Shown here: in pieces, positions 54,168-64,000 of the stretch | How the letters are laid out: the number at the start of each line of letters is the position of its first letter | How positions within the stretch are numbered: position 1 is the stretch's first letter | From: an uncultured Haloferacaceae archaeon | GTDB lineage: Archaea; Halobacteriota; Halobacteria; Halobacteriales; Haloferacaceae | Reading direction: 5' to 3' | Length of the DNA stretch: 64,000 bases | Assembly (NCBI GenBank): GCA_964457485.1 | Contig: CAYWFO010000001.1 | Coordinates: 6,755 to 70,754, forward strand | Translations under genes and position numbers: made by a program | Notes under the pieces: generated by a model | Seen by the model: the letters and a program-made list of their open reading frames with translations, nothing else | What the model was told of the DNA's origin: nothing | Databases searched by the model: none

Positions 54168-55835
54168 ATGAGTTCCGAGGTTGCCAGCGAACGCGAGTCC
54201 GATCCGTTCGAACAGGCCTGTATCGCGCTCGTCGACCGAATTGTTGCGGGCGAAATCGACCGCGATGGCCTCGAATCCGCCAAACTCAGCGTTTGTTCGG
54301 AGTTCTCCGCGCCGAAAGTTCCGAAAAACACCGAACTGCTCGAACACGCCCCGCCCGAGCATCGAGAGACAGTCAAACAGGTCGTCAAGCGCAAACCCGT
54401 CCGGACGGCTTCGGGCGTCTCGCCAGTGGCGATCATGACCTCGCCGCACATGTGTCCACACGGCAAGTGTCTGTACTGTCCCGGCGGCCCGGCCAGCGAG
54501 TTTTCGTCGTCACAGAGCTACACCGGCCACGAACCGGCGGCGGCCCGCGGCGTCCAGAACGATTACGACCCGTACGGTCAGGTCACACTCCGACTCCACC
54601 AACTGCGAACCATCGGCCACCCGGTCGACAAAGTCGAACTCATTCTCATGGGCGGAACGATGACCGCTCGGAGCCATGATTATCAGGAGTGGTTTGTCAA
54701 GCGCGCGCTCGAGGCACTGAACGACTACGACCTCGACAGCCCACCACAGGCCGCCGAGGGCGAGAGTTTCGCCCAAGATCCCGACGCCCGCGAGTTTCGG
54801 TACCTCGAAGACGTGATCGCCGAAAACGAGACCAACGAAATCCGCAACATCGGCACGACGTTCGAGACCAAGCCCGACTGGTGTGATCCCGAGCAGATCG
54901 ACCGAATGTTGGATCTGGGCGGCACCAAAGTCGAGGTCGGCGTCCAAACCACCTACGAGCGAATCAACCGCGAGATGCACCGCGGCCACGGCACGCAGGC
55001 CTCGATCGACGCCAACCGTCGGTTGCGCGATTCGGGGTTCAAAGTCGGCTTTCACATGATGCCCGGACAGCCCGGAATGACCCGCGAGATGTGTCTCGAA
55101 GATTTCCGACAGCTGTTTTCGAATTCGGACTACAAGCCCGACTATCTCAAAATATACCCGACGCTCGTCGTCCGCGACACCTTGACCTACGACATGTGGC
55201 GACGCGGCGAGTACGAGCCACTAGACAACGAGGAAGCCGCCGAAATTGTCGGCGAGGTGATGGGGATGATTCCGAAATACACCCGTCTGCAGCGCGTCCA
55301 ACGCGACATTCCGGCGGACTTTATCGATGCCGGCGTCTGGAAGTCGAATCTTCGACAACTCGCCCAGCAGTACGCTGACGACAACGGAATCGAGTGTCGC
55401 GACATTCGCGCCCGCGAGGTCGGCATGAACAGGGCCGACCCCAACAGTGGGGACATCGAACTCGACGTGCTGACGTACGACGTCTGTGGCGGAACCGAAC
55501 ACTTCATCAGTTTTGAAGACCCCGTTCAGGACCTCCTGATCGGCTTCTGTCGGCTTCGGTTTCCGAACAATCCGGTGCGACGCGAACTCGAAACCGCCGC
55601 GATCGTGCGCGAACTCCACGTTTACGGGAGCGAGGCCGGGATCGGCCAGCAGGCGGGCGAGCGGGACTGGCAGCATCGCGGCTATGGGCGGAAACTGCTC
55701 GCACACGCCGAGGAACTGGCTGTCGACGCCGGGTACGACAAGCTCAGCGTGATTTCGGGCATCGGCGTTCGCGAGTACTACCGCGAGAAACACGGCTACA
55801 TCCAGGACGGCCCCTACGTCAGCAAACAGCTGTGA
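54168..55835 (+). CDS. elp3: Elp3-type tRNA uridine(34) modification radical-SAM/GNAT enzyme
   Basis: Radical-SAM cluster CPHGKCLYCPGG plus a C-terminal GNAT (RELHVYG...QHRGYGRKLL). 555 aa. Confidence 0.92.
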   Translation: MSSEVASERESDPFEQACIALVDRIVAGEIDRDGLESAKLSVCSEFSAPKVPKNTELLEHAPPEHRETVKQVVKRKPVRTASGVSPVAIMTSPHMCPHGKCLYCPGGPASEFSSSQSYTGHEPAAARGVQNDYDPYGQVTLRLHQLRTIGHPVDKVELILMGGTMTARSHDYQEWFVKRALEALNDYDLDSPPQAAEGESFAQDPDAREFRYLEDVIAENETNEIRNIGTTFETKPDWCDPEQIDRMLDLGGTKVEVGVQTTYERINREMHRGHGTQASIDANRRLRDSGFKVGFHMMPGQPGMTREMCLEDFRQLFSNSDYKPDYLKIYPTLVVRDTLTYDMWRRGEYEPLDNEEAAEIVGEVMGMIPKYTRLQRVQRDIPADFIDAGVWKSNLRQLAQQYADDNGIECRDIRAREVGMNRADPNSGDIELDVLTYDVCGGTEHFISFEDPVQDLLIGFCRLRFPNNPVRRELETAAIVRELHVYGSEAGIGQQAGERDWQHRGYGRKLLAHAEELAVDAGYDKLSVISGIGVREYYREKHGYIQDGPYVSKQL

Positions 55836-55899
55836 ACGCCTGCAAACACACCCGTCACACAGCCGGTTGACCTATGGGCGTGGGTACCGAGTGAGTGGT

Positions 55900-56274
55900 A
55901 TGACAGAACACGTCTATCCGGAGCGGGTGTTCGACGACGAAGAACCGTACACACCCGCGGTGCTCCACGACGACCTCGTGTACGTTTCGGGCCAACACCC
56001 CGTCGACCGCACGGGCCGCGTCGTCGGTGACGACATGGCGGGCCAGACCGAACAAGTGTTCGACAACATCGAGCGTGTGCTGGCGGCGGCGGGAACAACG
56101 CCCGAAACCCTCGTGAAAACAACCGCGTTTCTCACGGATATGTCACAGTTTTCGGCGTTCAACAACGCGTACGAGCACTGTGTTGCCGACCCGAAACCCG
56201 CCCGGAGTGTCGTCGGCGTCACCGCGTTGGCCGTCGATTCCCTCGTCGAAATCGAGGCCGTTGCGACCCGGTGA
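55900..56274 (+). CDS. RidA/YjgF-family reactive-intermediate deaminase
   Basis: LVYVSGQHPVD...VKTTAFLTDMSQFSAFNNAY...PARSVVGVTALAVDSLVEIEAVA. Start at MTEHVYP (55900). Confidence 0.88.
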   Translation: MTEHVYPERVFDDEEPYTPAVLHDDLVYVSGQHPVDRTGRVVGDDMAGQTEQVFDNIERVLAAAGTTPETLVKTTAFLTDMSQFSAFNNAYEHCVADPKPARSVVGVTALAVDSLVEIEAVATR

Positions 56275-56394
56275 ATGCGAGCACAAACACGCGGACAACA
56301 CAGCGAGTAGCGCTCGCATACCGACCGCAAGCCATGTTACCGCGGTAATGAAACGACAGTGGAATTTATTACGTCCGCGCTGATACACTGGACA

Positions 56395-57201
56395 ATGATC
56401 GCGGTCTCCGAGACACAGTCACCGGATGATATTTCACCACTCGTGGGGGCGTGTTTGCTGGGTTCGATCGACAACGAAATAGCCCAGCGTCGGGCGGCGA
56501 CAGTGGCACACGCACTCGCCTGCGCACGCAATACCGATCTGCTCGTTGACAACACGGCTCCCGTCGCGGACGAAACGGAGGTCACGTCGACACCGCTGCC
56601 GGACAGCCACCGCGAAGCGCACTGTCGGTCGACGAGGCCGATGCATATCGGTGATAATCTCCAGCCGATCGTGAGTCAACACCAACCGTCTGGAGTCGTT
56701 CTCGAGCGTGGGAAAGACGCGTCGTTTCTGACCGAACTGTGGGCCGATACTGCCGAACGACTTGCCAGCGAAACCGACGTGTTGACCGTCGATAGCCGTG
56801 GCGAAATCGAGACGATCGCCTCAATGCTCGTTCCGGTCGCCGGGGGCCAACACAGCCAACTGGCCGCCGAAGCCGCCCACGCAATCGCGGTCGCCAACGA
56901 CGCGGCGGTCGACCTGTTTCACGTGATTGAATCCGATAGCGACGAGGCTCGCGAGGATGGGCAACGCGTTCTCGATGAGATGGTCGCTACGCTTGATGAC
57001 CCCGAGCGGGTCGACACCTGGCTGTTTGAGGCCCCAAACACCGCCGAGGCGATCATCGAGCAGTCGACGTACTACGATCTGACCGTTATGGGTGCGCCGA
57101 CGGTTGGGCCGCTCAAACGGTTCGTTTTCGGCTCGCTCTCGAAGCGCGTCCAGCGCGGTGCTGACTCGCCGGTCGTCGTTGCGCATTCGCACAGCGAGTG
57201 A
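56395..57201 (+). CDS. universal stress protein-like, tandem architecture with a degenerate N-terminal half
   Basis: The C-terminal half has USP motifs (MLVPVAGGQHS...DLTVMGAPTVG...FGSLSKRVQRGADSPVVV). The N-terminal half is USP-like in length only. Confidence 0.7.
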   Translation: MIAVSETQSPDDISPLVGACLLGSIDNEIAQRRAATVAHALACARNTDLLVDNTAPVADETEVTSTPLPDSHREAHCRSTRPMHIGDNLQPIVSQHQPSGVVLERGKDASFLTELWADTAERLASETDVLTVDSRGEIETIASMLVPVAGGQHSQLAAEAAHAIAVANDAAVDLFHVIESDSDEAREDGQRVLDEMVATLDDPERVDTWLFEAPNTAEAIIEQSTYYDLTVMGAPTVGPLKRFVFGSLSKRVQRGADSPVVVAHSHSE

Positions 57202-57234
57202 GACCGATCCCACGCACCAGCGTTCCGCGTGTTG

Positions 57235-58647
57235 CTACTCGAGTTCGTCGACGAGTTCGTCGGCGACGCCGGTGTATCCCGCGGGCGTCAGCGCCAGCAG
57301 TTCCTCGCGAACGGACTCGTCGATATCGAGCGATTCGAACAGCTCATAAAAATCATCGATCGTGACCTGCGTGCCGCGAGTGAGCGTTTTGACCCGTTCG
57401 TAGGCATCGGTGTCGCCCTCGCGTCGGAGAATCGTCTGGACGGCTTCGCCGATGACTTCCGGCGTTGCGGCCAACTCCTCGGCCATCACCTGCTCGTTGG
57501 GGACGATTTTTCCGAGACCTGCTCGTGCCTTCGTGTAGCCGATCAGACAGTGACCGAACGCGCTCCCGATGTTGCGCTTGACCGTCGAATCCGAGAGGTC
57601 GCGCTGGAGCCGCGAGGTCGTGATGTAGTCGGCCAGGAAGGTGAGATCCGCGTTTGCTTTCGAGAGGTTCCCCTCGCTGTTTTCGAAATCGATGGGGTTC
57701 ACCTTGTGCGGCATCGTCGACGACCCGGTTTCGCCCGCAGTCGCGCGCTGGCCGAGATACCGATCCGAAATGTAGAGCCACATGTCGCGATCCATATCGA
57801 TGAGAACGCTGTTTGCTCCTCGGAGCGCGTCGAACACGGCCGCCAGATCATCACACGGATTGACCTGCGTTGTCAACGGAGTGTGTTCGAGTCCGAGATC
57901 CGAGACGAACCGACGAGAAAACGCCTGCCAGTCGACCGCAGGATAGGCCGCGTGATGGGCGGCGTAGGTGCCGGATGCACCGGCGAGTTTGCCCGATAGC
58001 GCCCTGGTTGCGCGGCGAATCCGTCCCATCGTGGTTCCCAGCCGCGCCGCATAGACGGCGAGTTCCTTGCCGAACGTCGTCGGTGTCGCCGGCTGGCCGT
58101 GTGTGCGTGCCAGCATCGACAGATCACGGTGCTCGCGGGCGAGTTCGGCGAGATCATCACGAATTTCGGTGAGTGCCGGGAGCAACACCTCGTCGACCGC
58201 GCCCGCAACCAGCATCCGGTGGGCGAGATTGTTGACATCCTCGCTCGTCAGGCCGAAGTGAATCCATGGATACAGCGCCTCGGCGTTCTCGATTGCATCC
58301 GAATCGGCCACCCGAATGCGCAGAAAGTACTCGACGGCTTTGACATCGTGGTTGGTCGCGCTGTAGCCCTCGGCCCCCTCGACTTCGAGTTGTTTGATCA
58401 GTCGGGCATCCGCGGCGTCAAAGGTTTCGTAGGTCGCCCGGATAGCTGCACGTTCGCCGGCGGAGAGATCGAGGCCGATTGCCGAAACCGACGCAAGCGC
58501 ACACAGATACTCCGCCTCAACGCGGATCCGTGCCCGCATCAGCGCCGATTCGCTGACGTAGGGTGAAAGCGGCGCGGTTCGGCCGGCGTAGCGCCCATCG
58601 AGCGGCGAAACCGCCGACAACGGATCCGCACGCGGAAGCTCAGTCAT
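57235..58647 (-). CDS. purB: adenylosuccinate lyase
   Basis: SPLDGRYA..., the fumarate-lyase signature SSTMPHKVNP, and a 470-aa length. Start at MTELPR (58647). Confidence 0.93.
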   Translation of the reverse strand: MTELPRADPLSAVSPLDGRYAGRTAPLSPYVSESALMRARIRVEAEYLCALASVSAIGLDLSAGERAAIRATYETFDAADARLIKQLEVEGAEGYSATNHDVKAVEYFLRIRVADSDAIENAEALYPWIHFGLTSEDVNNLAHRMLVAGAVDEVLLPALTEIRDDLAELAREHRDLSMLARTHGQPATPTTFGKELAVYAARLGTTMGRIRRATRALSGKLAGASGTYAAHHAAYPAVDWQAFSRRFVSDLGLEHTPLTTQVNPCDDLAAVFDALRGANSVLIDMDRDMWLYISDRYLGQRATAGETGSSTMPHKVNPIDFENSEGNLSKANADLTFLADYITTSRLQRDLSDSTVKRNIGSAFGHCLIGYTKARAGLGKIVPNEQVMAEELAATPEVIGEAVQTILRREGDTDAYERVKTLTRGTQVTIDDFYELFESLDIDESVREELLALTPAGYTGVADELVDELE

Positions 58648-58832
58648 ACCGAAGCCTGCCCGTGGAACTCGCAAAAGCGTGTCGATGAGGCGGTCGATCG
58701 AGGCGAAAAACCATCACCGCTGTGCATAGTGATCCGTATTTACGCCGAAAAACACCCATAATATATGCGTACTCATGGATAGTGCCGCAGCCCGACCACA
58801 ACTGTTTTTCGGCCTGCCGGAAAGCGAGAGAT

Positions 58833-60416
58833 ATGTGCAAAATCGCCGGTCTGGCCAGCAACCGTGGCCGCAACCTGTTACATCTCGCCGACTGGAACCC
58901 CGGTGGGGCCGAACTCGGAATCGTCCTCACCAACACCGAGGGCGCGCCCGTGGTCGAGGCCGCATCCGAACGCGGGATTCCAACCGAGGTCGTCAGCCGC
59001 GCGGAGGGCGAGTCGCGAGAGCAACACGAACAACGGATTCTCGACACCCTCTCGGGCTACGATTTCGACCTCGTCTGTCTCGACGGCTACATGCGCGTGT
59101 TGACCGAGACGTTCATCGCAAACACGCCACTCACACTCAACATTCATCCCTCGTTGCTGCCGGCGTTTCCGGGGATGGACGCCCACGCGCAGGTGCTCGA
59201 TGCTGGCGTCCGAATGACCGGCTGTACCGTCCATGTTGTCACTGACGAGGTCGACGCCGGCCCGATCGTCACCCAGGAGGCGGTTCCGGTGTACGAGGAC
59301 GACGACGCCGACGCGCTGAAAGAACGGGTGCTGTACGAAGCCGAGTTCACGGCCTATCCGCGGGCGGTGCGCTGGGCTGCTGACGGTCAGTTGTCGGTCG
59401 ATCACGACGCCGGCCGGGTCGAAATCGCGGGCGACACGGGTGGGGAGTTCCCCCAGCGGCGCGTCGTCTCCGACGACCTCGCCGACACGCTCCGGTACGG
59501 CGAAAATCCCCATCAGGACGCGGCAGTCTACGCCGACACCGCCTGCGAGGAGGCGAACGTCGTCGCCGCCGACCAGCTAAACGAGGGGGCGAAAGCGCTC
59601 AGTTACAACAACTACAACGACGCCGACGGCGCGCTCACCCTGATCAAGGAGTTCGACGCGCCTGCGGCCGCCGTCATCAAGCACACGAATCCGGCGGGCT
59701 GTGCGACGGCGGACTCGCTGGCCGACGCCTACGACAGGGCGTTGCGAACCGATCCAAAGAGCGCCTTTGGCGGCGTGGTCGCACTCAACCGCCCGTGTGA
59801 CGCCGAAACCGCCGAAGAGATCGTTGACTCGTTCAAAGAGGTCGTCATCGCGCCGGGGTATACCGACGCTGCACTCGACGTACTGACCGAAAAACAGAAC
59901 CTCCGCGTGCTCGATGTGGGCGATCTGAACGAGATTTCCGAGCCGATGGCCGAAAAGCCGATCGTCGGCGGCAGACTGGTGCAACAGCGCGATCTGGCCG
60001 CCCCAACCGTCGAGGAGTTCGAGGTCGTCTCCGAACGCGAGCCGACTGACGAGGAATGCGAGACGATGGCGTTCGCGTGGAAAACGCTCAAACACGTGAA
60101 ATCCAACGGGATCGTTTTCGCGTCCGGAACCGAAACGGTCGGCCTCGGCGTCGGCCAGGTGTCGCGTGTCGATGCCGTCGAACTCGCCGCAAAAAAGGCC
60201 GGACGCGACGCAGAAGGGAAGGAGTCCGCCGGCGCGGTAATGGCCTCCGACGCCTTCTTCCCGTTCCCTGACGGCATCGACGCGGCCGCCGACGCCGGCA
60301 TCGACGCGGTGATTCAGCCCGGTGGGAGCGTCAACGACGAGGACGTAATCGCGGCGGCTGACGACCACGGAATGGCGATGGTGTTCACCGGAATGCGGTG
60401 CTTTCGGCACGACTGA
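58833..60416 (+). CDS. purH: fused phosphoribosylglycinamide formyltransferase (PurN) / AICAR formyltransferase (PurH C-terminal domain)
   Basis: N-terminal PurN motifs (NIHPSLLPAFPG...GCTVHVVTDEVDAGPI) are followed by the AICARFT domain (LRYGENPHQ...SYNNYNDAD...IKHTNPAG...QPGGSVND). No MGS-like IMP cyclohydrolase domain is present. Confidence 0.9.
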   Translation: MCKIAGLASNRGRNLLHLADWNPGGAELGIVLTNTEGAPVVEAASERGIPTEVVSRAEGESREQHEQRILDTLSGYDFDLVCLDGYMRVLTETFIANTPLTLNIHPSLLPAFPGMDAHAQVLDAGVRMTGCTVHVVTDEVDAGPIVTQEAVPVYEDDDADALKERVLYEAEFTAYPRAVRWAADGQLSVDHDAGRVEIAGDTGGEFPQRRVVSDDLADTLRYGENPHQDAAVYADTACEEANVVAADQLNEGAKALSYNNYNDADGALTLIKEFDAPAAAVIKHTNPAGCATADSLADAYDRALRTDPKSAFGGVVALNRPCDAETAEEIVDSFKEVVIAPGYTDAALDVLTEKQNLRVLDVGDLNEISEPMAEKPIVGGRLVQQRDLAAPTVEEFEVVSEREPTDEECETMAFAWKTLKHVKSNGIVFASGTETVGLGVGQVSRVDAVELAAKKAGRDAEGKESAGAVMASDAFFPFPDGIDAAADAGIDAVIQPGGSVNDEDVIAAADDHGMAMVFTGMRCFRHD

Positions 60417-60442
60417 GTAGCCCAAAGAGCGCCTCGTTTTTA

Positions 60443-61675
60443 TCATGTAGTCGCTGTCAGCCGAACGAGTGGGGCAGGATCGGCGTCGACAACGGCGTAC
60501 AAGTCACCATTCGCGACGGCAACGTCGCGAACCCGCCAGCCGCGGTCGGCGAGCAGCGGGTCGCGTTCGTCGACGGCGGTGCCATTGACGGAGAACCGGC
60601 CGAGATACTGGCCGGCGAGATTCCCGACGAACAGATCACCCTGCCAGTCGTCGATCGGGCCCTCGTAAAACGCCATTCCAGAGGGTGGAAAGCCGCCGCT
60701 TCCGCAGGGCCAGTGGTAGACGGGATCGACCACGTCGTCGCGCTCGCCGGGTTCGTCGCCGACGGGGTCGTCGGTGCCGTACTGACAGCCGTAGTGGGCG
60801 ACCGGCCAGCCGTGGTTTCCGCCCCGTTCGACGATGAAGATGGCGTCGCCGTCGCGCTCGCCGTGGTCGGCCTGCCAGAGCGCGCCCGTCTCGGGGTGGA
60901 CGGTCATCGCCTGGGTGTTGCGATGGCCGTAGCTGTAGATCGGGTCGTGGCCCGCTTCGCCGACGAACGGATTGTCCTCGGGAACCGAGCCGTCGGGGTC
61001 GAACCGGAGCGTTGCGCCGAGCCCGTTCGTGGTGTCCTGCGAGAAATGATCGGGGCCGAACGCCTTCGACTGGCGATCGCCGACGGTCATGTACAGCCGG
61101 TCGTCTTCACCGAACACGAGCCGTGAGCCGTAGTGGCCAGACGAGTCGACGGCCATGGCGGTGTACAGCGTTTCGACAGCCGACAGCGACGTCGACCCCG
61201 GTTCGAGTCGGCCGCGGGCGAGCCGGGTCGCCGTCCGGCCGTCGACGCTCGCCGCGAACGTGAAATACAGCCACGGCTCGTCGGGATAGTTGGGATGCGG
61301 TACCACATCGAGCAGGCCGCCTTGGCCCGCCGAATCGACCAACGGTACGCCCGAAATCGACTCGTCATCGCCGTCGGGGTCGATCCGACGCAGCCGACCC
61401 ATGTCGCGTTCGGTCACCAGCAACTGGCCGTCGGGAAGCACCGTGACCGCCCACGGGCTGGCGAGATCTTCGCGTACCAGGTCGATGTCGACGCCGTCGG
61501 GCAGGGTGTCGATGTCGCCGCCGTCGTCGCCATCGAGACTGTCGAGTGGGCCACCGAGACAGCCCGCCGCGCTGGCAGCGAGACCACTTGCGAGTACGGC
61601 GAGATATCGCCGTCTGTGCGGGTCGGTGTCGGCGCGCGTCGGTTGTCGGTTCATGCGCGTCGGCGATCGATCCAT
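60443..61675 (-). CDS. PQQ-dependent sugar dehydrogenase (soluble glucose/sorbosone dehydrogenase-like), Tat-lipoprotein-type signal
   Basis: The twin-arginine/lipobox N-terminus is HRRRYLAVLASGLAASAAGC. Beta-propeller motifs include PDG.L.VTER.G, HYGSRLVF and YSYGHRN.Q. The start could be 61654 (MNRQ). Confidence 0.8.
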   Translation of the reverse strand: MDRSPTRMNRQPTRADTDPHRRRYLAVLASGLAASAAGCLGGPLDSLDGDDGGDIDTLPDGVDIDLVREDLASPWAVTVLPDGQLLVTERDMGRLRRIDPDGDDESISGVPLVDSAGQGGLLDVVPHPNYPDEPWLYFTFAASVDGRTATRLARGRLEPGSTSLSAVETLYTAMAVDSSGHYGSRLVFGEDDRLYMTVGDRQSKAFGPDHFSQDTTNGLGATLRFDPDGSVPEDNPFVGEAGHDPIYSYGHRNTQAMTVHPETGALWQADHGERDGDAIFIVERGGNHGWPVAHYGCQYGTDDPVGDEPGERDDVVDPVYHWPCGSGGFPPSGMAFYEGPIDDWQGDLFVGNLAGQYLGRFSVNGTAVDERDPLLADRGWRVRDVAVANGDLYAVVDADPAPLVRLTATT

Positions 61676-61837
61676 TCTCGGTTACCGCTACGTGCTACCA
61701 CACACCTAAGCGTTGCTGCGCCGAGGAAATCATCGCACAGAACCACGGTCGTTGGGTTCGTCGCGGGGGTGTTGCCGTTGTCACCCCGGCAATGGCTCGT
61801 CCGTCACCGATAACTTCGCTCTCGCGCTGTCGTCCGT

Positions 61838-63298
61838 ATGGAGTACGACGCGGCCGAGCGGGTGTTGCTTGGGCTCGACCGATCCGACGGCCGACCGGCA
61901 CGCGCGTCGGCTGCATTCCTGTGGGCGGAACTCGGCGAACCCGGTTCGGAGCTTCCGTTCGTCCACGTCGCCGGCTCGAACGGCAAGGGCAGCACGGCGA
62001 AGCTGACCGAATCGATACTTCGCGAGGCCGGGTTCTCGGTCGGACTGTTCACCTCGCCGCATCTCGAACGCCTCACCGAGCGGATTCGCGTCGACGGCGA
62101 CCCGATCGCACCCGACGCAGTCGCGGCGTTCGTCGAGCGGATTCAGCCGTGGCTGGCCGAACGGGCCGCCGCCGGAACCGAGCCAGCGTTTTTTGACGCG
62201 ATCACGGCGATGGGACTGTGGTATTTCGCTCGAAAAGAGATCGATGTCGCGGTACTCGAGGTCGGCGTCGGCGGTGCCGAGGACGCAACGGGAATCGTCG
62301 ATCCCGTCGCAAGCGCGGTGACGAGCGTTTCGCTCGACCACACGGCCGTTCTCGGCGACACGATCGCCGACATCGCCATCGCCCAGGCGGCCGTCGCCCC
62401 GCCCGGCGACAGACCGCTTGTGACCGGGGCAACCGGCGCTGGCCGCGAGGCGATCCGGACAGCCGCCGCCGACATCGTGACCATCGGCACTCCGGCGGCC
62501 GATGCCGACACTGAAGACGAACAGCCGGATATCATCGCTCGCTACGACGGGCCAACGGAAGCGATGGACGGCCTGATTTCGGTTTCGATTCCCGAGGGCG
62601 TTATCGAACATGCGGCGTTTGTCGACGGTATGACGTTCGATTCTCGACTCGCGTTGCTCGGAGCCCATCAGGCGCGAAACGCCGCGATCGCGACGACGCT
62701 TGCCGGACAGGTCGTTGCGACAGTCACTGGCTCCGCCGACGCCGACGAAAGCGAACGGACGGCAACCACCCGCGCTATCGACTTCGACGCCGACGTGATC
62801 GCGCGCGGACTGCGCACCGCGCGCTGGCCCGGCCGGTTCGAAACCGTCGACCGCGAGCCACTGACCGTGCTCGACGGCGCGCACAACCGCGCGGCGATCG
62901 ACGCGCTCACCGAGACGCTGTCGGCGGTTCCGTTCGACGACCTCCATCTCGTCTTCGGCGCAATGGACGACAAACCCCACGCAGCCATGATCGAATCGGC
63001 ACCCGCGACCGACTCCGTCGTCACCTGCCGACCACGGCTCGCTCGGGCGGCCGATCCCGCGATGCTCGCGCGGTGTTGTGAGAACAGCGGAATCGAACAG
63101 GTGACTGTTGGTGAGCGTGTTGACGACGCGTTTGCGACCGCCTGCGACCGTGCGGGGCCGACCGACTGTGTCCTCGTAACCGGTTCCTTGTTTGTCGTTG
63201 GCGAGGTGCGGTCGTTGTTGAACGCGCAGTCGGTTTCCACCGACGGAGAGCGCCACGGACGGCCCGACAACAAGAGACCACAACCGACAAGCCGCTGA
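61838..63298 (+). CDS. folC: folylpolyglutamate synthase/dihydrofolate synthase (Mur-ligase family)
   Basis: P-loop VHVAGSNGKGST and FTSPHLERLTERI. Mur-ligase middle and C-terminal domains (LDGAHN). Confidence 0.88.
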   Translation: MEYDAAERVLLGLDRSDGRPARASAAFLWAELGEPGSELPFVHVAGSNGKGSTAKLTESILREAGFSVGLFTSPHLERLTERIRVDGDPIAPDAVAAFVERIQPWLAERAAAGTEPAFFDAITAMGLWYFARKEIDVAVLEVGVGGAEDATGIVDPVASAVTSVSLDHTAVLGDTIADIAIAQAAVAPPGDRPLVTGATGAGREAIRTAAADIVTIGTPAADADTEDEQPDIIARYDGPTEAMDGLISVSIPEGVIEHAAFVDGMTFDSRLALLGAHQARNAAIATTLAGQVVATVTGSADADESERTATTRAIDFDADVIARGLRTARWPGRFETVDREPLTVLDGAHNRAAIDALTETLSAVPFDDLHLVFGAMDDKPHAAMIESAPATDSVVTCRPRLARAADPAMLARCCENSGIEQVTVGERVDDAFATACDRAGPTDCVLVTGSLFVVGEVRSLLNAQSVSTDGERHGRPDNKRPQPTSR

Positions 63299-63315
63299 AC
63301 CGGAAACGTCAGCGT

Positions 63316-64000
63316 ATGTACGAGGCGGTTTCGGCGTATCCCGACGGCACAAGCACGGTGAGTCGGTACGCTCGAACCGCCGCGCGTTACGGCTACGACG
63401 GCCTCGTTGTTCGCAGCCGAGGGGGCGACTATGATCCCGACGCGATCGCCGAAACCTACGAAATTGACGTTGTTTCAGGTATCGAAATCGATGCCGAAAC
63501 GCCCCAGCAGGCAGCCGGCAGCATCGGTAACTTCCGACCGCGCTGTTCGGTGCTCATGGTTCGCGGCGGAAGCGACGAACTGAACCGATTTTGCGTCGAA
63601 ACCGACCGCGTCGATGTCTTGACACGCCCGATGGCGACGGGTGGTGACATCAACCATGTATTGGCGCGAGCGGCGAAAACCAACCGGGTGTTCATCGAGT
63701 TCGACCTCGGTTCCGTGCTTCGCGAACACGGCGGGAACCGAGTCAAGGCGATACGCACGCTTCGCAAGCTCCGCGAACTGGTCGAGCACTACGACGCGCC
63801 GTTCGTCGTGAGTGCGAACGCGACCAGCCATTTCGAGCTTCGGGCGCCGCGCGAACTGTGTGCGCTCGGCGAGCAGATCGGGTTTTCGGCCGCCCAGATC
63901 CGGTCGGGACTACGCGCATGGCGTGAAATCGCCGCGCGAAACCGCCGGCGTGCGTCAGATGCATACATCGAACCCGGCGTTCGTCTCGGTCGCACTGGTG
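63316..64000 (+). CDS. rnp3: RNase P protein component 3 (Rpp30 homologue); 3' end outside the window
   Basis: Own translation from ATG 63316: MYEAVSAYPDGTSTVSRYARTAARYGYDGLVV...VDVLTRPMATGGDINHVLARAAKTNRVFIEFDL...PFVVSANATSHFELRAPREL. PHP/TIM-barrel Rpp30 pattern. No stop before 64000. Confidence 0.8.
   Translation, partial: MYEAVSAYPDGTSTVSRYARTAARYGYDGLVVRSRGGDYDPDAIAETYEIDVVSGIEIDAETPQQAAGSIGNFRPRCSVLMVRGGSDELNRFCVETDRVDVLTRPMATGGDINHVLARAAKTNRVFIEFDLGSVLREHGGNRVKAIRTLRKLRELVEHYDAPFVVSANATSHFELRAPRELCALGEQIGFSAAQIRSGLRAWREIAARNRRRASDAYIEPGVRLGRTG

Noticed and set aside
61781-63352. 523-aa minus-strand ORF
   Set aside because: It is antisense to folC, which has the Mur-ligase P-loop on the plus strand. 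The same reasoning rejects similar shadow ORFs at 25422-26639, 19597-20802, 16909-17919, 11418-12452 and 6291-7295.

Overview
The window is a gene-dense, high-G+C chromosomal segment of a halophilic archaeon (class Halobacteria). Evidence for this: acidic proteins, frequent 4-nt start/stop overlaps, and archaeal markers (aIF-1A, MBF1, Fap7, Elp3, archaeal TIM, GTP cyclohydrolase III, RNase P Rpp30). I support about 70 protein-coding genes, one tRNA-Ser(UGA), one gene remnant, three short repeat structures and a few promoter- or terminator-like sites. I saw no rRNA, CRISPR array, transposase or integrase.

Most genes are housekeeping:
- aroA and aroC
- hisC-fap7-CDP-alcohol transferase operon
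- tpiA
- purB and purN/H
- folC
- 2-oxoacid:ferredoxin oxidoreductase (porAB-like)
- dinB
- family II pyrophosphatase, a P450 and Elp3

The best candidate for an undescribed system is the cluster at about 41.3-50.7 kb. It is a tightly coupled operon with these parts:
- MDR-dehydrogenase fold
- two unknown or membrane proteins
- a methionine-free ParB/Srx-like protein
- a second CDP-alcohol phosphatidyltransferase
- an N6/N4-methyltransferase-fold protein with both catalytic motifs degenerate
- a PTPS/QueD-fold enzyme with Glu in place of the catalytic Cys
- a GT4 glycosyltransferase and a further membrane protein
- a Wzx-like flippase and an FkbM methyltransferase, transcribed divergently

Secondary points of interest:
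- an ABC-2 permease fused to a PrsW-like intramembrane protease
- a stand-alone HerA/FtsK-type ATPase with a coiled-coil and wHTH-like tail
- an att-like 25-bp duplication of the tRNA-Ser 3' end only 150 bp away
- GTP cyclohydrolase III directly coupled to a PAP2 phosphatase and facing a HAD phosphatase
- two 3-unit tandem repeats in convergent gaps
- an AIR-synthase-like gene remnant next to dinB

All family calls come from reading motifs by eye. No database search was run.
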